This document shows, piece by piece, positions 14,165 to 29,464 of a stretch of DNA of 64,000 nt. The position numbers and the translations under genes were made by a program. Origin of the DNA: Octopus sinensis (taxonomy: Eukaryota); assembly GCF_006345805.1 (NCBI RefSeq), contig NC_043010.1:24924001-24988000 (forward strand). Direction: 5' to 3'. The notes under the pieces were generated by a model that had not been told where the DNA came from, did not search any database, and saw nothing but the letters and a program-made list of their open reading frames with translations. Numbering within the stretch: position 1 is the stretch's first letter; each line of letters opens with the position of its first letter.

Positions 14165-14560
14165 TCTCTCTATATATAGAGCTGAAGTTGTCTCTGTGTG
14201 TGTGGCAGGTTTGGTAGTCCTCAACTAACACTATCTCCTCCGAGACCCTGCGGCGCAAGTTCACCAAAATTGAGAGTATGACAGAAGAAGGCTTGCTTTT
14301 CCTTCCGTAGAAGAAAAAATTCAAATTGGACCATGTTAACATCAAAAATTATTTACATCAAAAAGGTGCTTTTTTTCTATGAAAATCCCTATTTTTTACG
14401 ATTTTTTGACTGCTGTGTCGCCATTTTTCGGTGTATTTCAACCAGAAAAATGTTCACTTAAAGAGAATAACAAGCTACATAATGCAAAATTTTTACTTTT
14501 TAAAAATTCCAATTCTAAAGGGTCGAAAGAAACCCGAGCAACGCCGGGCGATTATGCTAG
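14165..14560 (+). mobile_element. Non-autonomous Helitron
   Basis: A|TC...TATATATAGAGCTGAAGTTG start, a 3' hairpin CCCGAGCAACGCCGGG, and a CTAG|T end. Inserted between A and T with no TSD. Confidence 0.75.
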
Positions 14561-14877
14561 TGAAGATTATAAAAATGACTAGCTATTTTGACCCATGCTT
14601 CGATCGGGTTTTGGTGGTGGTGTTGTTTTGTGTGTGTTGTCTCCTTTTCCCTTTCTTCTTTTGTTCGTCTTTGCCTGGTTCTTTTTATTGCCCTCTTCTT
14701 TTTTCTTTTTCTTATTTTTTTTTCTTCAGCTTCATCTTCTTTAAAACTCAATTTTTCCCATATTACCCCCAGTGTAAATTTTAGTACCAATCCGACCCCA
14801 TCCCAAAATGAGACAAATAACCAAGAATTCAAACAACTTTTTCTCATTTCAGCTTTATAGATATTGATATTCATAAT

Positions 14878-15285
14878 AGGCGCAGTAGTAGCTGTGTGGA
14901 AAGTAACTTGCTTACCAGCTACATAGTTCCGAGTTCAGTCCCGCTGCGTGGCACCTTGGGAAAGTGTCTTCTGCTATAGCCTCGGGCCGACCAAAACCTT
15001 GTGAGTGGATTTGGCAGACAGAACTGAAAGAAACCCATCATATATGTGTGTGTATGCACGCGCGTGTGTGTTGTCTATCTGCCTGTCTGTCTGTGTTTGT
15101 CCCTCCCCAACCACCGCTTGACAACCAATGTTGGTGTGTTTACGTCCCCGTCACTTAGCGGTTCGGCAAAAAGAGCGATAGAATAAGTACTCGGCCTACA
15201 AAGAATAAGTCCTGAGGTCGATTTGTTCGACAAAAAGTGGTGCTCCAGCATGGCCGCAGGCAAATGACTGAAACAAGTAAAATAG
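14878..15285 (+). mobile_element. SINE family A, near full length
   Basis: tRNA-like head, CORE-like block, central simple repeat, and 3' tail GGTGCTCCAGCATGGCCGCAG...CTGAAACAAGTAAAA. Confidence 0.8.
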
Positions 15286-16285
<1,000 letters not shown>

Positions 16286-16440
16286 ATATTATACAGGTAT
16301 TAGCTATATTTCAGATAAAGGATTTTCAACTGTACTGAATTAAGTTAGATAAGTTTGCAAGTATCTTTATTTATTTATTTATTTATTCATTTACTTATTG
16401 ATTTATTTATTTTGCTTTTCGTTTTATTTTACAATTACAG

Positions 16441-16859
16441 GAAACGGTAATGTGGAGGAATACGGTGGTTGCAAGCGAGTCAGTTCATTCGAATTCACGG
16501 CCTCATTCAGTGGTCATAGCCCAATACCAACAAGTTCTACTACTACTACTACACCAGACTTGACAACTATAATCACCTCAAGAGCAACTACCAACACATC
16601 TCCAAACGATTGTAATCCCGTAGGAATATATAAAACAGTCCCTGGGATGAAACAATGGTGTATTAATAACTGCGGCGCCGGCTATTGTCCGTCCACACAC
16701 TGTAAGTGTGGGGGCAATGACAACGCCAATACTTTGACTTGTGAAGTAACAAAGGTTTACGAAAAAGTTCCAGGAATGAAACAGTGGTGCCTGACAAACT
16801 GCCTCGCCAACCATTGCCCATCGACGCACTGCATATGTAGCAGAGGTTCAACACTTTGA
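16441..16859 (+). CDS. Terminal coding exon: Thr-rich linker and two tandem 6-Cys repeats
   Basis: Acceptor TTTTATTTTACAATTACAG. Contains CNPVGIYKTVPGMKQWCINNCGAGYCPSTHCKC and CEVTKVYEKVPGMKQWCLTNCLANHCPSTHCIC, and ends in TGA at 16,857-16,859. Confidence 0.8.
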
Positions 16860-17296
16860 TAACGTGCAACGTGATAAACTCTGACAAAACTGTTCCTAGA
16901 ATGATTAATTGTTACTGAACCATCAATTCCTTTAAAATATCTATATTATATTTTTCTTTCAGAAACTACATATATGCATACACATTTCTATGTTATTGAC
17001 AGTGTGATACTAAAAAAACATAATTACTATATATTTTTTTCTAATCATGGGTTAATGTAAATTATTGAATCTTTAATTATTTTGTAAATATTCCATTTAC
17101 ACGAAGAACATTCGATTCCCTTGATTGAAGCCGTCCATCTTCCTTTTGTTTTGGGAAGAAAACATTTTTATTTCTGAAATTATTTTAATAGTATTATATA
17201 AAAAAAATATTGCTGTTGGTTAAAACGGCTAAATGTCTGAAATGAGATGTTGTTTGGGTTATAAGACCTGATTATAGTTTTATCGAGTGAAGGTAC

Positions 17297-17430
17297 CTGA
17301 CCTAGTGGTTAGTGGGGTGGGGTGATTAAGGATCGTAAGTTCGTGGGTTCGATTCCTGAACAATCGGACAGCGCGTTGAAACAGGGACTGCATTTCGCGT
17401 TGCTCCAGTCTGTTCGACTATAAATGAATA
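17297..17430 (+). mobile_element. tRNA-derived SINE fragment
   Basis: A-box-like TGACCTAGTGG and B-box GGTTCGATTCC. Confidence 0.5.
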
Positions 17431-17569
17431 CGAACCACGTGCTGATGCAACTCTCTCCCACGTTCTACATTCTCCCCTGCTACATTCTAGATGTGCCGCT
17501 GAACCAAAGGCATAAGAGCCATGAGGCATGCGACTACACAAGCTTTGAAAAATATGTATATATGTATTT

Positions 17570-17775
17570 GTGTGTTCTGTGTTTGTCTCCCCAACATCGC
17601 TTGACAACCGATGCTGGTGTGTTAACGTAGTCCTCGTAACTTAGCAGTTCAGCAAAAGAGACCGATAGAATAAGTACTAGGCTTACAAAGAATAAGTCCT
17701 AGGGTCGATTTGCTCGACTAAAGGCGGTGCTCCAGCATGACCGCAGTCAAATGACTGAAATAAATAAAAGAATAA
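17570..17775 (+). mobile_element. SINE family A, 3' half
   Basis: Matches 15,095-15,285. Confidence 0.75.
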
Positions 17776-17827
17776 AAGAAAATACATAAAATACATACAT
17801 ACATATATGTATATATATACATATATA

Positions 17828-17891
<64 letters not shown>

Positions 17892-18759
17892 CTTGATGAG
17901 GTCCATGTTTTTTTGTGAGAGGGCGGGTAGATGGTATTTTCTTTTTGCTACACTTTTGAAATCGAAGGACCAAAAAAAAGCATAGGACCAAAAAAGGTTG
18001 AGAAACACTGCTTTAAAGCAACCCGAATGATCTAGATTTTGTTTCTTCGGATCAAAATCAGGTCCACATCGCCCTCACTCACTTTGCTTTTTAAGTGTAC
18101 AAATAATGAGGAAACCCCAAAAGACACGGACATCGCAACTACATCTCTCTCCTGGCTTTCTTACTCGATAGGCACCATGTTTCTAATAGAGACAGATCAC
18201 TATTATATTCCCTTACAACAGATCGATAAACGACTGGTCGTTAGCAGACATGGCATTCTTTAACGTTATTTATTTCATTCACTTATTTTGTTTTTTAACG
18301 CAAAATGTATGAAGCATTTGTGATCTATATGTGTTCCTGGAGACGTGTGTGTCGGGTGTTTGTGTCTGATATTATGGTGCAAATCCTTTTGGCTAAACAG
18401 AAAGGGACATTTATTCTAGTGTGTCTTGGCTGGCATGAGTCAAATGGTAGGTACTGCTTTGAGTCTGTCGGTTTATAATATTTATTATAGATATTTATAA
18501 AATGAATAAAATATTTTTATATATCACTTAAATAGTCAGTCTTTTTATTTGCTTTCCTTTTCTTTCGTGTCGCTTAAGCTGGTTTTTAACACAAAATATG
18601 CTTCATAGCAAGACTTAGATTGTAAACACGTTATGATCATAAGTTCTGGAACGGGGCGGGGCGGAGACGAGCGTGGAAACATTTTCTGATTTGAAATAAT
18701 TTTCCATCGTTGGATTTATCTGATTTGATTGACGTACAGATATAATAATAATAATATTG

Positions 18760-20232
18760 AAACTGTATGGCAAAGATGAGATTCAAGTGAGTTCCTTGGT
18801 AAACACGGTCGACTGTTTTAGTACTGATATCAGAATGGAATTTGGACTCAAAAAGTGCGGAGTAGTCTACCTGAAAAGAGGCAAGGTACAGTCACTAGCT
18901 GGGAAGGTTACAAATACTTTGGTGTACTAGAGTGCAACGAGATAATGGAAAAGGAAATGAAAGAGCAACTAAGGATGGAGTATTTCCGGAGACTGAGGTT
19001 GGTATTGCGCTTAAAATTGACTGGATTGAATAAAATACAAGCAGTTAATACGTAGGCAATAGCATCACTTCGGTATGGAGTGAGAATTATAAAATGGCAA
19101 AAGAGAGAAATGAAGAAAATGGATACCAAGACCAGAAAAACGTTGACGGTACACGGAGTTTTCCATCTGAGGAGTAACACCGATTGGCTGTACTTGTCCA
19201 GAAGAAAGAGTGGGAAGGGCTTCATCATTTGCCAGAACTGTACTAAAGCCGAGGAAAACAGCCTAGGGTGGTATATAAAAAGTGCCGTGGAGCCACTGTT
19301 GAAATACACGAAGAAGGGAGGCGTCATCAAAACTGAAAATTGTGTAACTAAAGAAAAATTTAAACAGAAATGAACAATTAAAAGCATCGAAGGCAAAAAT
19401 ATACGGTCAGTTTGCAAGAGATGTGAACGCCAAGATAGATACAGAGGACCGGTGGCTATGGATGAGGAGGAGTGACCTGAAGATAGAGACAGAAGCACTC
19501 ATATGTGCAGCTCAGGGACAAGTGTGAAGGACCAATTATATGAAGTGCAGAATAGACAACACTACCGATAGTGACAAATGCAGAATGTGTGGTAAGAGGG
19601 GTGAAACGGTATGGCACATCGTTACCGAATGTCCGAAATTGGCGCAACGCGAATACAAACGACACCATGACAATGTGGCAAGAATGTTCCATTGGGAGCT
19701 CTGTGGAAATCACGGCCTACAAATAGCAAAGATGTGATATGAACAAAGCCCAAAAGGAGTCACTGAAAATGAAAACTGCAAAATCCTGTGGGATGTAATG
19801 ATCCAGTGCGATCACCTGACCAGACAGATAACCGGACATTGTTATGGTGAATAAAAAAGAAAGAACATGTATGATTATCGACATAGCATGTCCCGATGAC
19901 AACAGTATCAATGTGAAAGAAGAAGGAAAAATAAACAACTACGACGATATAAAGTGGGAAATACGAAGGTTGGTGGTCAATGAAGAGAGTAGACGTGATA
20001 CCAATAGTGATTGGTACACTTGGAAGTATCAGCACTCAACTACCAGCATGCCTGAAAAAGATTGTTGCAAGTGTGAAGGTAGAACACCTACAAAAATCAG
20101 CATTGCTTGGGACTGCAAGAATTCTTCGCAGGGTTCTTGAAGCATGACCAGTAAACAAGTGTCACCTTAGCCTAGTGGCTGCGGACAGCTGACACTTTCC
20201 ATCATACCCAGCAAAATAAGCTGTGAGTTTTC
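18760..20232 (+). mobile_element. 5'-truncated decayed R4/Dong LINE
   Basis: YKYFGVLE, CRMCGKRGETVWHIVTECPKLAQREYKRHHDNVA (CCHC) and RPDIVMVNKKERTCMIIDIACP (RLE) motifs. Followed by (TAA)n. Confidence 0.85.
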
Positions 20233-20382
<150 letters not shown>

Positions 20383-23139
20383 AGGACTTCTATAACTCCT
20401 TCAGATGTGCAACAAAAATAATAATAATATAATTTTTAAAAAAAGCTAAACTCCAACCCCAAAAAGTTCTACCAAGAACTTGGCAAAAATAAAATAAAGA
20501 TCACTGCAGCACCAACGGCAGAAGAAGTGGAAGAATTCTGGAGAGAAATATGGTCGTCGAACGAACAACCAGAAATAAGGAGTATTAAAACAACAAACTC
20601 AGCATCTGAGCAACTTTGGACCCCCATAACAACTGAAGAGGTCACCCAGGCACTGCAAAGACTAAGCAACTGGAAGGCACCTGGGCATGACAAGATCCCC
20701 AACTTCTGGTTGAAATATCTAACAGGAATGCACAAAAAGCTGGCTGAAAACTTTAACAACATACTAGCAGAGCCAGAGACAATGCCTTAATGGTTCACGA
20801 AGGGGAAAACCATCTTAATTCCCAAATCAAATGAGACAGCAAAACCAGAAAACTACAGACCAATAACCTGTCTCCCTACAATATACAAGGCATTTACTGC
20901 AGTGATATCGCAAAGGTTGAACAAGCACCTGGACGAAAACAACCTGTTTCCAGAAGAGCAGAAAGGATGCCGCAAAGGCTCATATGGCTGTAAAGATCAA
21001 CTAATGATTAATAAACCCATAACTGAAGACAGCCACAGAAAGAAGAAAGGCCTCAGTATGGCCTGGATCGACTACAAAAAGGCGTTTGATAGCATCCCCC
21101 ACACATGGATCCTCGAAACACTAGCCATTAACAAAGTAGCACCAACAATTATAAAATTCATAGGGCACTCTATGAATAAATGGCAAACAGTGCTACAGCT
21201 CCAAACAAAAGAGGGACTCATGAAAACCAAAGCTATCCCCATTAGAAGGGGAATATTCCAGGGAGACACGCTCTCTCCACTCCTTTTCTGCTTGGCACTG
21301 TCACCTCTATCTGATATGCTAAATAGAACTGGATGCGGATATAAATGTTACGGCAAAACGATCAGCCACCTTTTACATATGGATGACCTAAAACTATACG
21401 CTGCAAATGACAAACAGCCGGAAACACTATTAAAGACAGTTCATGGATTTACCAAAGAAATAGATATTAAAAACTGGATTAGAAAAATGCGCCAAAGTAA
21501 CCATGAAAAGTGAAAAACTAGTTAAGAGTAGCAACATCACACTAGATAAAACCAATGAAATAAAAGAATTAGACCAAAGCCAATCTTACAAATACTTAGG
21601 AATCCATGAACTAGATAAGACACAACACACACAAATGAAAGAGAAAAATAAAAAAAGAATATTATAGACGAGTTAGATCAATACTAAAAACAGAGCTCAA
21701 TGCTAAAAACAAGATAATAGGTATTAACACTTTAGCTGTCCCAGTTATAAGTTACAGCTACAATATCCTTAACTGGACACTAAATGGACTGACCAAAATA
21801 GATAGGAAAACAAGAAAAATAATGACAGGATCTAGGATGCATCACCCAAAATCTGACATAGAAAGACTATATATACAACGTATAGAAGGTGGTAGAGACC
21901 TTATACAGCTGGAAAACTACTATAAAATAACCACCATAGGACTGCAAAATATCTACTTCAAAAGGAAGGAAAACTGATACAAATAGCAAAAAAACACGAG
22001 CAAAACAAAAATCTGTTCTCAGTATTTAAGGAAGCTGACAAATACAAACAAGAAATCATACCACCTAACAAATATGAAGAAGAAGAGAAGAAGAAGAAGA
22101 AGAAGAAGAAGAAGAAGAAGAAAGAAGAAGAAGAAGAAGAAGAAGAAGAAGAAGAAGAAGAAGAAGAAGAAGAAGAAGAAGAAGAAGAAGAAGAAGAAGA
22201 AGAAACAACAAAAGCTATAAAACAAATGAAATCCAAACTAATAGAACAGCAACGATGGCAAGAAAAGCCCCTTCATGGTAAATACTGGACTAAACTAAAC
22301 GCAAAAGAAATAGACAAAGAAAAATCCCAGCAATGGTTGAGAAGCTCAGGACTCAAAGCAGAGACAGGGGGATTTTTAATTGCAGCACAAGACCAAAGCC
22401 TCCCTACCAGAAATTACCAAAAACATGTAATGAAAAGAAATATAACAAGTAACTGCAGAATATGTGGAGATGGACAAGAAACAATAAAGTATATTATCTC
22501 TGGTTGCCCAGTTCTGGCTAAGAAGGAATATATTCGTAGACATGACAGAGTTGGAACCTACATACACTGGAAGCTATGCCAACATTATGGAATAACAACA
22601 GAAAAAAGATGGTATAGGCACACACCAGAAAACGTCACAGAAAACGAGAAAGCAACCATACTCTGGGATATGCCAATACACACAGATAGAGAAATTAAGG
22701 CCAACAGACCAGATATAATTCTGAGAGATAACGAAGAAAAAATGCTTTCTAATTGATGTATCAATACCGGCAGATGACAACGTGTCTCTAAAAGAAATGG
22801 AGAAACTTTCAAAATACAAAGACCTGGAAATAGAGGTAACCAGAATGTGGAATCTAAAAACAGAAACAATTCCTATCATAGTAGGTGCATTAGGCATGAT
22901 AAAAAATATTCAGACAAATACATAACAAAAACACCAGGACTTACAAACACATATAACATACAGAAAATTGTACTACTAGGCACTGCACACATCCTACGCA
23001 GAACACTTTCCATACAATAACCATCAGAGCATCACAACAAATCACGGCACATACCTAAAGCACACAGAGCTGCGCTCGATAGTGAAGTAAAAGCACGCTA
23101 TAAAAATAAAACTACTGAACAATAATGATAATAATAAAC

Positions 23140-23140
<1 letters not shown>
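20383..23140 (+). mobile_element. R4/Dong-clade LINE, 5'-truncated and frameshifted
   Basis: APGHDKIPNFWLK, EQKGCRKG, IDYKKAFDSIPH, GIFQGDTLSPLLF, HMDDLKLY, CRICG..ETI.YIISGC and RPDIIL motifs. Flanked by (TAA)n. Confidence 0.9.
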
Positions 23141-23199
<59 letters not shown>

Positions 23200-23212
23200 C
23201 ATTATTATTATT

Positions 23213-26200
23213 CAGGAAAACATCAATGCCATACCTGACAGTGTAAATTTGCCGGACGGCACCAGACTGCACGTTTCTGTAGAGGGGCGAAAACCAAAAT
23301 GCTACCTCTGCAGCAGCTAAAAGCATTTATAAAATGACTGCTCCATTTATAAACAAAGAATGGAGACAGAGAAAAAGAAGCAACAGCAACAACAACAACA
23401 ACAAGTTTCGACACCAAGAGTTTCTGCACCACCAACACCATCACCACCACCACGAAGAGCGACACCACAAAACCATCACCAACACCAAAAAAAAACACCG
23501 GCACCGTCACCAACACCAACAACTATAACAGCACCGTTTCCAAAAGGTGTAACACCATTTCGACAAACTGTGGAAACAGGCCCAAAAAATGTCCCCTTTC
23601 CAGACCAAATCAGCTCGGATTGTGCGAGCGCTGATAGCGAGAAAGGGGAGTGGCACACAGTGCCACCGAAAAAGAAAACAAAGAAACAAAAAGAAACACA
23701 TGACACACTGGGGAGGCGCGAACAATTTGAGCTTTCCAACATCAACAGCAACAACATGCACTCACAACAACAACAATTAACAACACCTTCTCCACAAGAA
23801 CTGCTACACACACCAACACACACAGACACCACCAACACCGTTACAGCAATAAACACGAACAATGAACAGTTAGTAACATACCTGAAAAACATCACAGACA
23901 CAAAAATGTCAGATTTTATTATACCCACACACAACACACCACCAGCACACATGCTTACATTTAAAATCACACAAGACAATTATAATAAAATCAAGGAGAA
24001 ATTCCCAAACGATGTTGGGTCGCTAGGGAGGAATTTCCCAAAAAAAACTCTACAAAAACCTGGTGGAAACACCCGTGCAAAAGCACTAGGGTGCCATCCC
24101 ACCAAACAACAACAGGAAATAGAGCCTTTTTCTCTTTAACCTTGCAAAACATGGCAAAACTCAGAATCGGTAGCATAAATGTGAGAGGCCTCGGATCACC
24201 TTGGAAACAGGGTCACCTGAGGTCTCATAGGGTGGATATAGCAGCCATTAGTGAAACCAGGCTCTCCGACCCGCAGGAACTCGCGGCCCTTTTCGGCGGA
24301 TACGAGATTTTTCTATCTCCGTGTCGGCCGGGAGCGGACGGTGGTGGTACTGCGGTTTTGTCTCGGAAGGGCCTGGATTTGAAAATAAGGACAGTCTTCC
24401 TGGTTGCGGAAGGTAAGTTGATGGTCCTCGACGTAGACTTTCAGACTGCTGGCTGCCTACGCTCCGAAAGGAGCAGGGCAGTCCGATTATTTCAAGCGTC
24501 TGGAAGTTTTCTTGGGAACGTCACGCACTCTAGTGCTAGTTGGGGATTGGAACGCTGTCTTAGACGAACGTTTCGATCGGGTGGGCACGGGGGCATCTAA
24601 TAGGAGTGGGTGCAGGAGCCTCGCCAACCTTCTCAGGTGCTTTCAGCTGTCTGACAGGTTTCGACTAGACAACCCGAATGTGCCAATGTGGACTTGGACT
24701 AATCGCATCGGGTCGTCTAGATCGTACTTAGATAGAGTCTTCTGTAAGCCAGCGGATAAGGACAGCATAGGATGTTCGCAATTCCACCTAGTCGACTACA
24801 CGGACCACAAATTCGTGATCTGTACGGTCGACTTAGATAGGCTACATAGACAGGGTCCCGGCTACTGGAAGCTGAATGCGTCGTTAACGACGTGCAAAGC
24901 CTACAGAGACCGGATTAGTTTATTAGTTAAACGGGCGCTCACGGGGGCAATCATCAACAACAACTGGTGGTTTGCTCTCAAGAGAGCAATTAGAGCAGAG
25001 TCGATTAGGTTTAGTAAGGCTCTAGCTGTAGAACGTAGGAAAATAGAGCGGGATTTAGTTAGAAAACTAGACGAGGCTCTTGAGACAGGCATCGCAACCG
25101 ACGTGTTGGCGGCTAGGTTGGCCCTCGACCAACACTTTAACGCCAAACACGACTGCTGTGTGGTCAGATCTAAGGCGCGCTCGCTAAGTGGGGAGGGGAC
25201 TAAGGCCGCTCGATGGGCCCATTTGACATCTCGCGTTCGGTTCGCCAAAGATTCCCTCTCTCCTCCCTCTTGTACGTATTGTCTCTCGAGCCATTACTGC
25301 AGAAGCTGGAGGCTTTGAGGGGTATCCCGCGCGATCTAGGAGGTGGAAACAGCGTGTCTGCCTATGCCGATGACGTCACTGTGATGGTGTCGAGCCACAG
25401 GCACATTGACTTGATTGGCGAGACACTAAACGAGTACGAAACAGTGACAGGTGCAAAGATTAACGCGAAAAAGTCCGTGGGCTTGCAACTGGGCACCTGG
25501 AGAGGCAAATCCATGCCGTCCAACAGTGTCGTAGGGCGCTGGACAGACGGACCCGTTAAACTGTTCGGGGTCTGGTTCGGTCCAGACCTCCAGGTGGATA
25601 AAAACTGGGAAGAGGTGACGAACAGGTGTGGTCATCTTTTGTCAGACGCCACTTTCCGCAGCTCGTCTCTTTGACAGAGTTGCAGTCTTGGATCAAACGC
25701 AGACCGAGAAAGGGCGCTTGGCACCTCGAGTGCCGTCAAGCTCTCTCCGCCCTCCACCAAGCGGGCAATGCGATCGGTAGTGGTTCCACTATAGCGTTCT
25801 ATAGAGGTTTAGTGGAAGAAAAATGCGACGACATTCTTGGGGAAACTCTAGGCGTTGACGATAACGAGCTAAACAGTCTGTTCGGGGGAACTTTCGGGCC
25901 GGGGCCAATGGATAATTTCCTAAGGTCCCTCGCCTGGCAGTGCTACCGAGGGGCTCTGCCTGTTCGGGATAAACTCTACCGGCACGGAAGTGCTGTCAGC
26001 CGGGCCTGCCCGAGGTGTGCCCAGGACGACGAAACCGTTCTGCACGCACTCGTCCAGTGCCCGAGTATTGCTGAAATATGGGTTTATGTCGAACAGCTAC
26101 TGTCGCGTATAGGACGGATCCGGCTATCAGCTGAATCCATAGTGAGGATTGCCCCGCCGACCTCCTTTAACCGGGAGGGCAAGGCAGTTTTCCTTTGCCT

Positions 26201-26673
26201 AGTGGCTGTAGCGAAAGAGGCGATATGGTGGACCCGTTTGAAAGGGCTAAGCTCAGACACTTTCCTCTTTGGTCAAGGCCTCATCCACTTGAAAAGGAAG
26301 ATGAGAGTAGAGAGTGAAGTGCTGTCTGGTAGCAAGTTTATTGAAAGGTGAGTGAATGTTGCAAGAATGGCCAGTATGAACGGACCAATTCTGAGGATAC
26401 ACCTGTGAAAAATTAAAAGGAAATATAAAAGGAGAAAGGGGCTCTCTACCCCCTTTTTGACCAGGCTCCCGTGGCTTTTATGGGTTTTTCCACGAGTAAC
26501 CTTTCGAAGCGCCTCCCCCTATTGGGAGTTTTAATTGTTACTTATATTTCGTTGTTATCCTGCTTTTGTACACGGACTTTTTTCAAACGGACAAAACCCT
26601 TTGTAACTTTCGTCCTGTGCTTTGTCCTTTATGTTTTAATTGATTTTTGTTAGCCCTTGTGGCCAATAAACAA

Positions 26674-26733
<60 letters not shown>
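23213..26733 (+). mobile_element. Tx1/L1-clade LINE, degenerate (ORF1 CCHC remnant, APE, partial RT, C-terminal Cys motif)
   Basis: KPKCYLCSS*KHL*NDC knuckle; GSINVRGL..DIAAISETR, VGDWNAV, SYLDRVF, TDHK (APE); YADDVTV; CPRCAQDDETVLHALVQC. AATAAA at ~26,665 followed by (TTA)n. Confidence 0.85.
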
Positions 26734-26734
<1 letters not shown>

Positions 26735-27440
26735 TGAAAGAGACCGAAAGAGGTGGAAATCCGTTGGTGCCAAATCAGGAGAGTACGGCGAGTGTGGCAG
26801 CACTTCCCAGCCATGCGTTTGAATGGTTTCCTTGGTCATATTGGCGTTATGAGGGCGGGCGTTGTCGCCGATTAGGTCTTTTCTCTTGGATAGCCATTTT
26901 GAATCGTTCCATGTCGAACATAGAGTTCCATGATGACCGTTTAGTTCCATTCAAGCAGTTCGTAATGGATAATCCTTTCCCAGTTCCACCATATGCACAA
27001 CATCGTTTTGCGGTGTCGCTTGTTTACCGGGGCTAAGCCATTCCTTACGCTGCTTCATATTGATTTACATGCACCATTTTTCGTCGCCAGTAACGATTCG
27101 GTAAAGAAATCGTTGCTTGTATCCACGAGTTGAGCCGTGACGAGCAAGCAAGCCAGCGGAGATTGTGGATTGTTGATTTTTGTTGTTACTATTTAAAGCA
27201 TGCGGAACCCATGCTCCATACTTCTAACCTTTCCCATCGAGTGAAGATGCTTCTCTATAGCAGTGTGGGAGCATTCCATTTTCTCTGCCAGTTCCTTTGT
27301 CGTTTGACGAGAATTTTCGTGCAAAAATTGGTTTAATCGCTCCTCAGCAAACTCAACTGGACGGCCAGAACGAGGTGCCTCTTTGAGGTCAAAATTTCTA
27401 TTTTTGATTAAAAGCCATTTTAATGATCTGAAAATAAACA
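26734..27440 (-). mobile_element. Decayed mariner transposase
   Basis: APRSGRP (N-terminal) and DNARPH...HSPYSPDLAPTDFHLFRSL (catalytic) motifs, truncated at a (TAA)n tract. Confidence 0.85.
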
Positions 27441-27774
27441 AAAATTAACTAAAATTAACTAGAAAAAAATAGATTCCAAAGTGATTCAAAAATAGAATTC
27501 TCGAAAAAAATAGATTCCAAAATTTAAAAACGCAATAAATTCAAAAAATTTTAAAAGATGTATTATTTTTATGGTATTATCTTACTTATTGATGTATATT
27601 GTTTTATTCTGTCTTATTCTGTTGGATTTGGATGTTCCTATTTAATTTAATTAATTAGTTAATAAATTATATGAATTGTTATTATCTGGAAGTGGATGAT
27701 TGAAAGGAATCTATTCCTCCACTTTCTTATTTTGTATTATGAATTTGAGGTAAAACATTTTACCTTCGCCCATA

Positions 27775-29450
27775 TCTATATATATAAAAGTGAAGTTGTG
27801 TGAGTGTCTGTCTCCTACGATTTAGATTCCTAACTACTCCCACATTTTGCGGTGCAGTTAAACCAAATTCGGGTATCTTATCGTGATTCATATCGAGCCC
27901 GTCTGGGTATTAGCGCGCGTCTACGATGAGTCTACGATTTTAAAAATAATTTAACATCATTTTTTTCCATTTCTTCCAATTTTTCGTGTGTCGATGGCGG
28001 CGGAGTTGGCGTCCATGCTCACACCTGCACCTGTGTTGCTTCTCCTCTCCCTCGTGAAGCTGTGGGGAAGGGAGTGTAAGGAAATCAACGTCGTAAAGCG
28101 TTGTCAAGGAGACCAGCGTTATTTTAGAACAACGACTTCATGGCTTGAAGACACCAAAACAGAAATGGCTAAGAAAGCCCGAAAGCAAATTCTACAAAAT
28201 CGGGAAACACGCCACACAGGGAAGGTTTCCCGTGCAAAGAATTTGCACAACCGAATGTTTTAGTTGTTGCACAACTTTTACTTAAAAAATATCATCCAAA
28301 CACAAACTTTTGAAGGCAATATTGTATGGCGATGGTACTTGTGAAATATGGTAATGGATTTAGTAGCCAAAAGGAGAGAGCAGAGGCATATTATGGTGGT
28401 GGTGGAGGCGGTGGTAATGGCAGCGGTGGTGGCGGTGGTGCTTGTAGTGGTGATGGTGGTCGTGGTCGTGGTGGTCGTCGTGTTTGTGGTGGTGGTCGTC
28501 GTCGTCGTCGTGTTGTTGTTGGTGGTGGTGGTCGTCGTCGTGGTGGTGGAGGTGGTGATGATGGTGGTGGTGGTGGTGGTGATGATGGTGGTCGTGGTGG
28601 TGGTCGTGGTGGTCTTCGTGATGGTGGTGGCGATGGTGGTCGTCGTGTTTGTGGTGGTGGTGGTAGTGTTGTTGTTGTTGGTCGTCGTCGTCGTCGTGGT
28701 GGTCGTGGTGGTGGGGTGGTGATGATGGTGGTGGTCGTCGTCGTCGTCGTGGTCTTCGTGATGGTGGTGGTGATGGTCATGGGCGTAGTGGTGGTGGTGG
28801 TCATGGTGGTAGTGGTGGTGGTGGTGGTGGTGGTGGTGGTGGTAGTGGTGGCTGAAGCTGTCGTCTGGGTTCTTCCAGGTTTTCGTGTGTCGGTGGCGGC
28901 GTTGGCGTTCATGCTCGCACCTGCACCTGTGTAGCTCCTCCTCTTCTTCCCTCCCTCGTGAAGCTGTGGGGAAGGCAGGGTAGGGAAATCAACGTCGTAA
29001 AGCGTTGTCAAGGAGACCAGCGTTCTTTTAGAACAACGACTTCATGGCTTGAAGTCGCCAAAACAGAAATCGCTAAAAAAGCTGAAACAGATCCACAAAA
29101 ACGGCAAAAACCGCCACACAGGGCTGGTTTCCTGTGCAAACAATTTGCACAACCGAATGTTTTAGTTGTTGCACAAATCTTTATATATAAAAGTGAAGTT
29201 GTGTGTCTGTCTCCTACGATTTAGATTCCTAACTACTCCCACATTTTGCGGTGCAGTTTAACCAAAACCGGGTATCTTATAGTCGTGATACATATCGAGC
29301 CCTTCTGGGTAATGGCGCGCGTCTACGATGAGTCTACGATTTTAAAAAAAATTTACCATCATTTTTTCCATTTTAATGCATTTTTTCGCTATTATATAAG
29401 GGAAGTAACTCTCTAAAACTGTCTACGATGAGTCAACGATTTAAAAAAAA
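27775..29450 (+). mobile_element. Helitron-like non-autonomous sequence with internal duplication and GGT/CGT-rich simple repeat
   Basis: A|TCTATATATATAAAAGTGAAGTTGTG start resembles the 14,165 Helitron. 27,775-27,970 recurs at 29,180-29,370 and 27,985-28,280 recurs at 28,885-29,175. No CTAG 3' end was seen. Confidence 0.55.
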
Positions 29451-29464
29451 GTTGGCGGTATATT

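Noticed and set aside
17890-18018. Second hAT MITE (right TIR GTTGAGAAACACTG followed by CTTTAAAG)
   Set aside because: No left TIR or matching TSD was found.
28326-29011. Gly/Arg-rich or Pro/Thr-rich ORFs
   Set aside because: They come from a GGT/CGT simple repeat between duplicated Helitron-like blocks, which is open in several frames.
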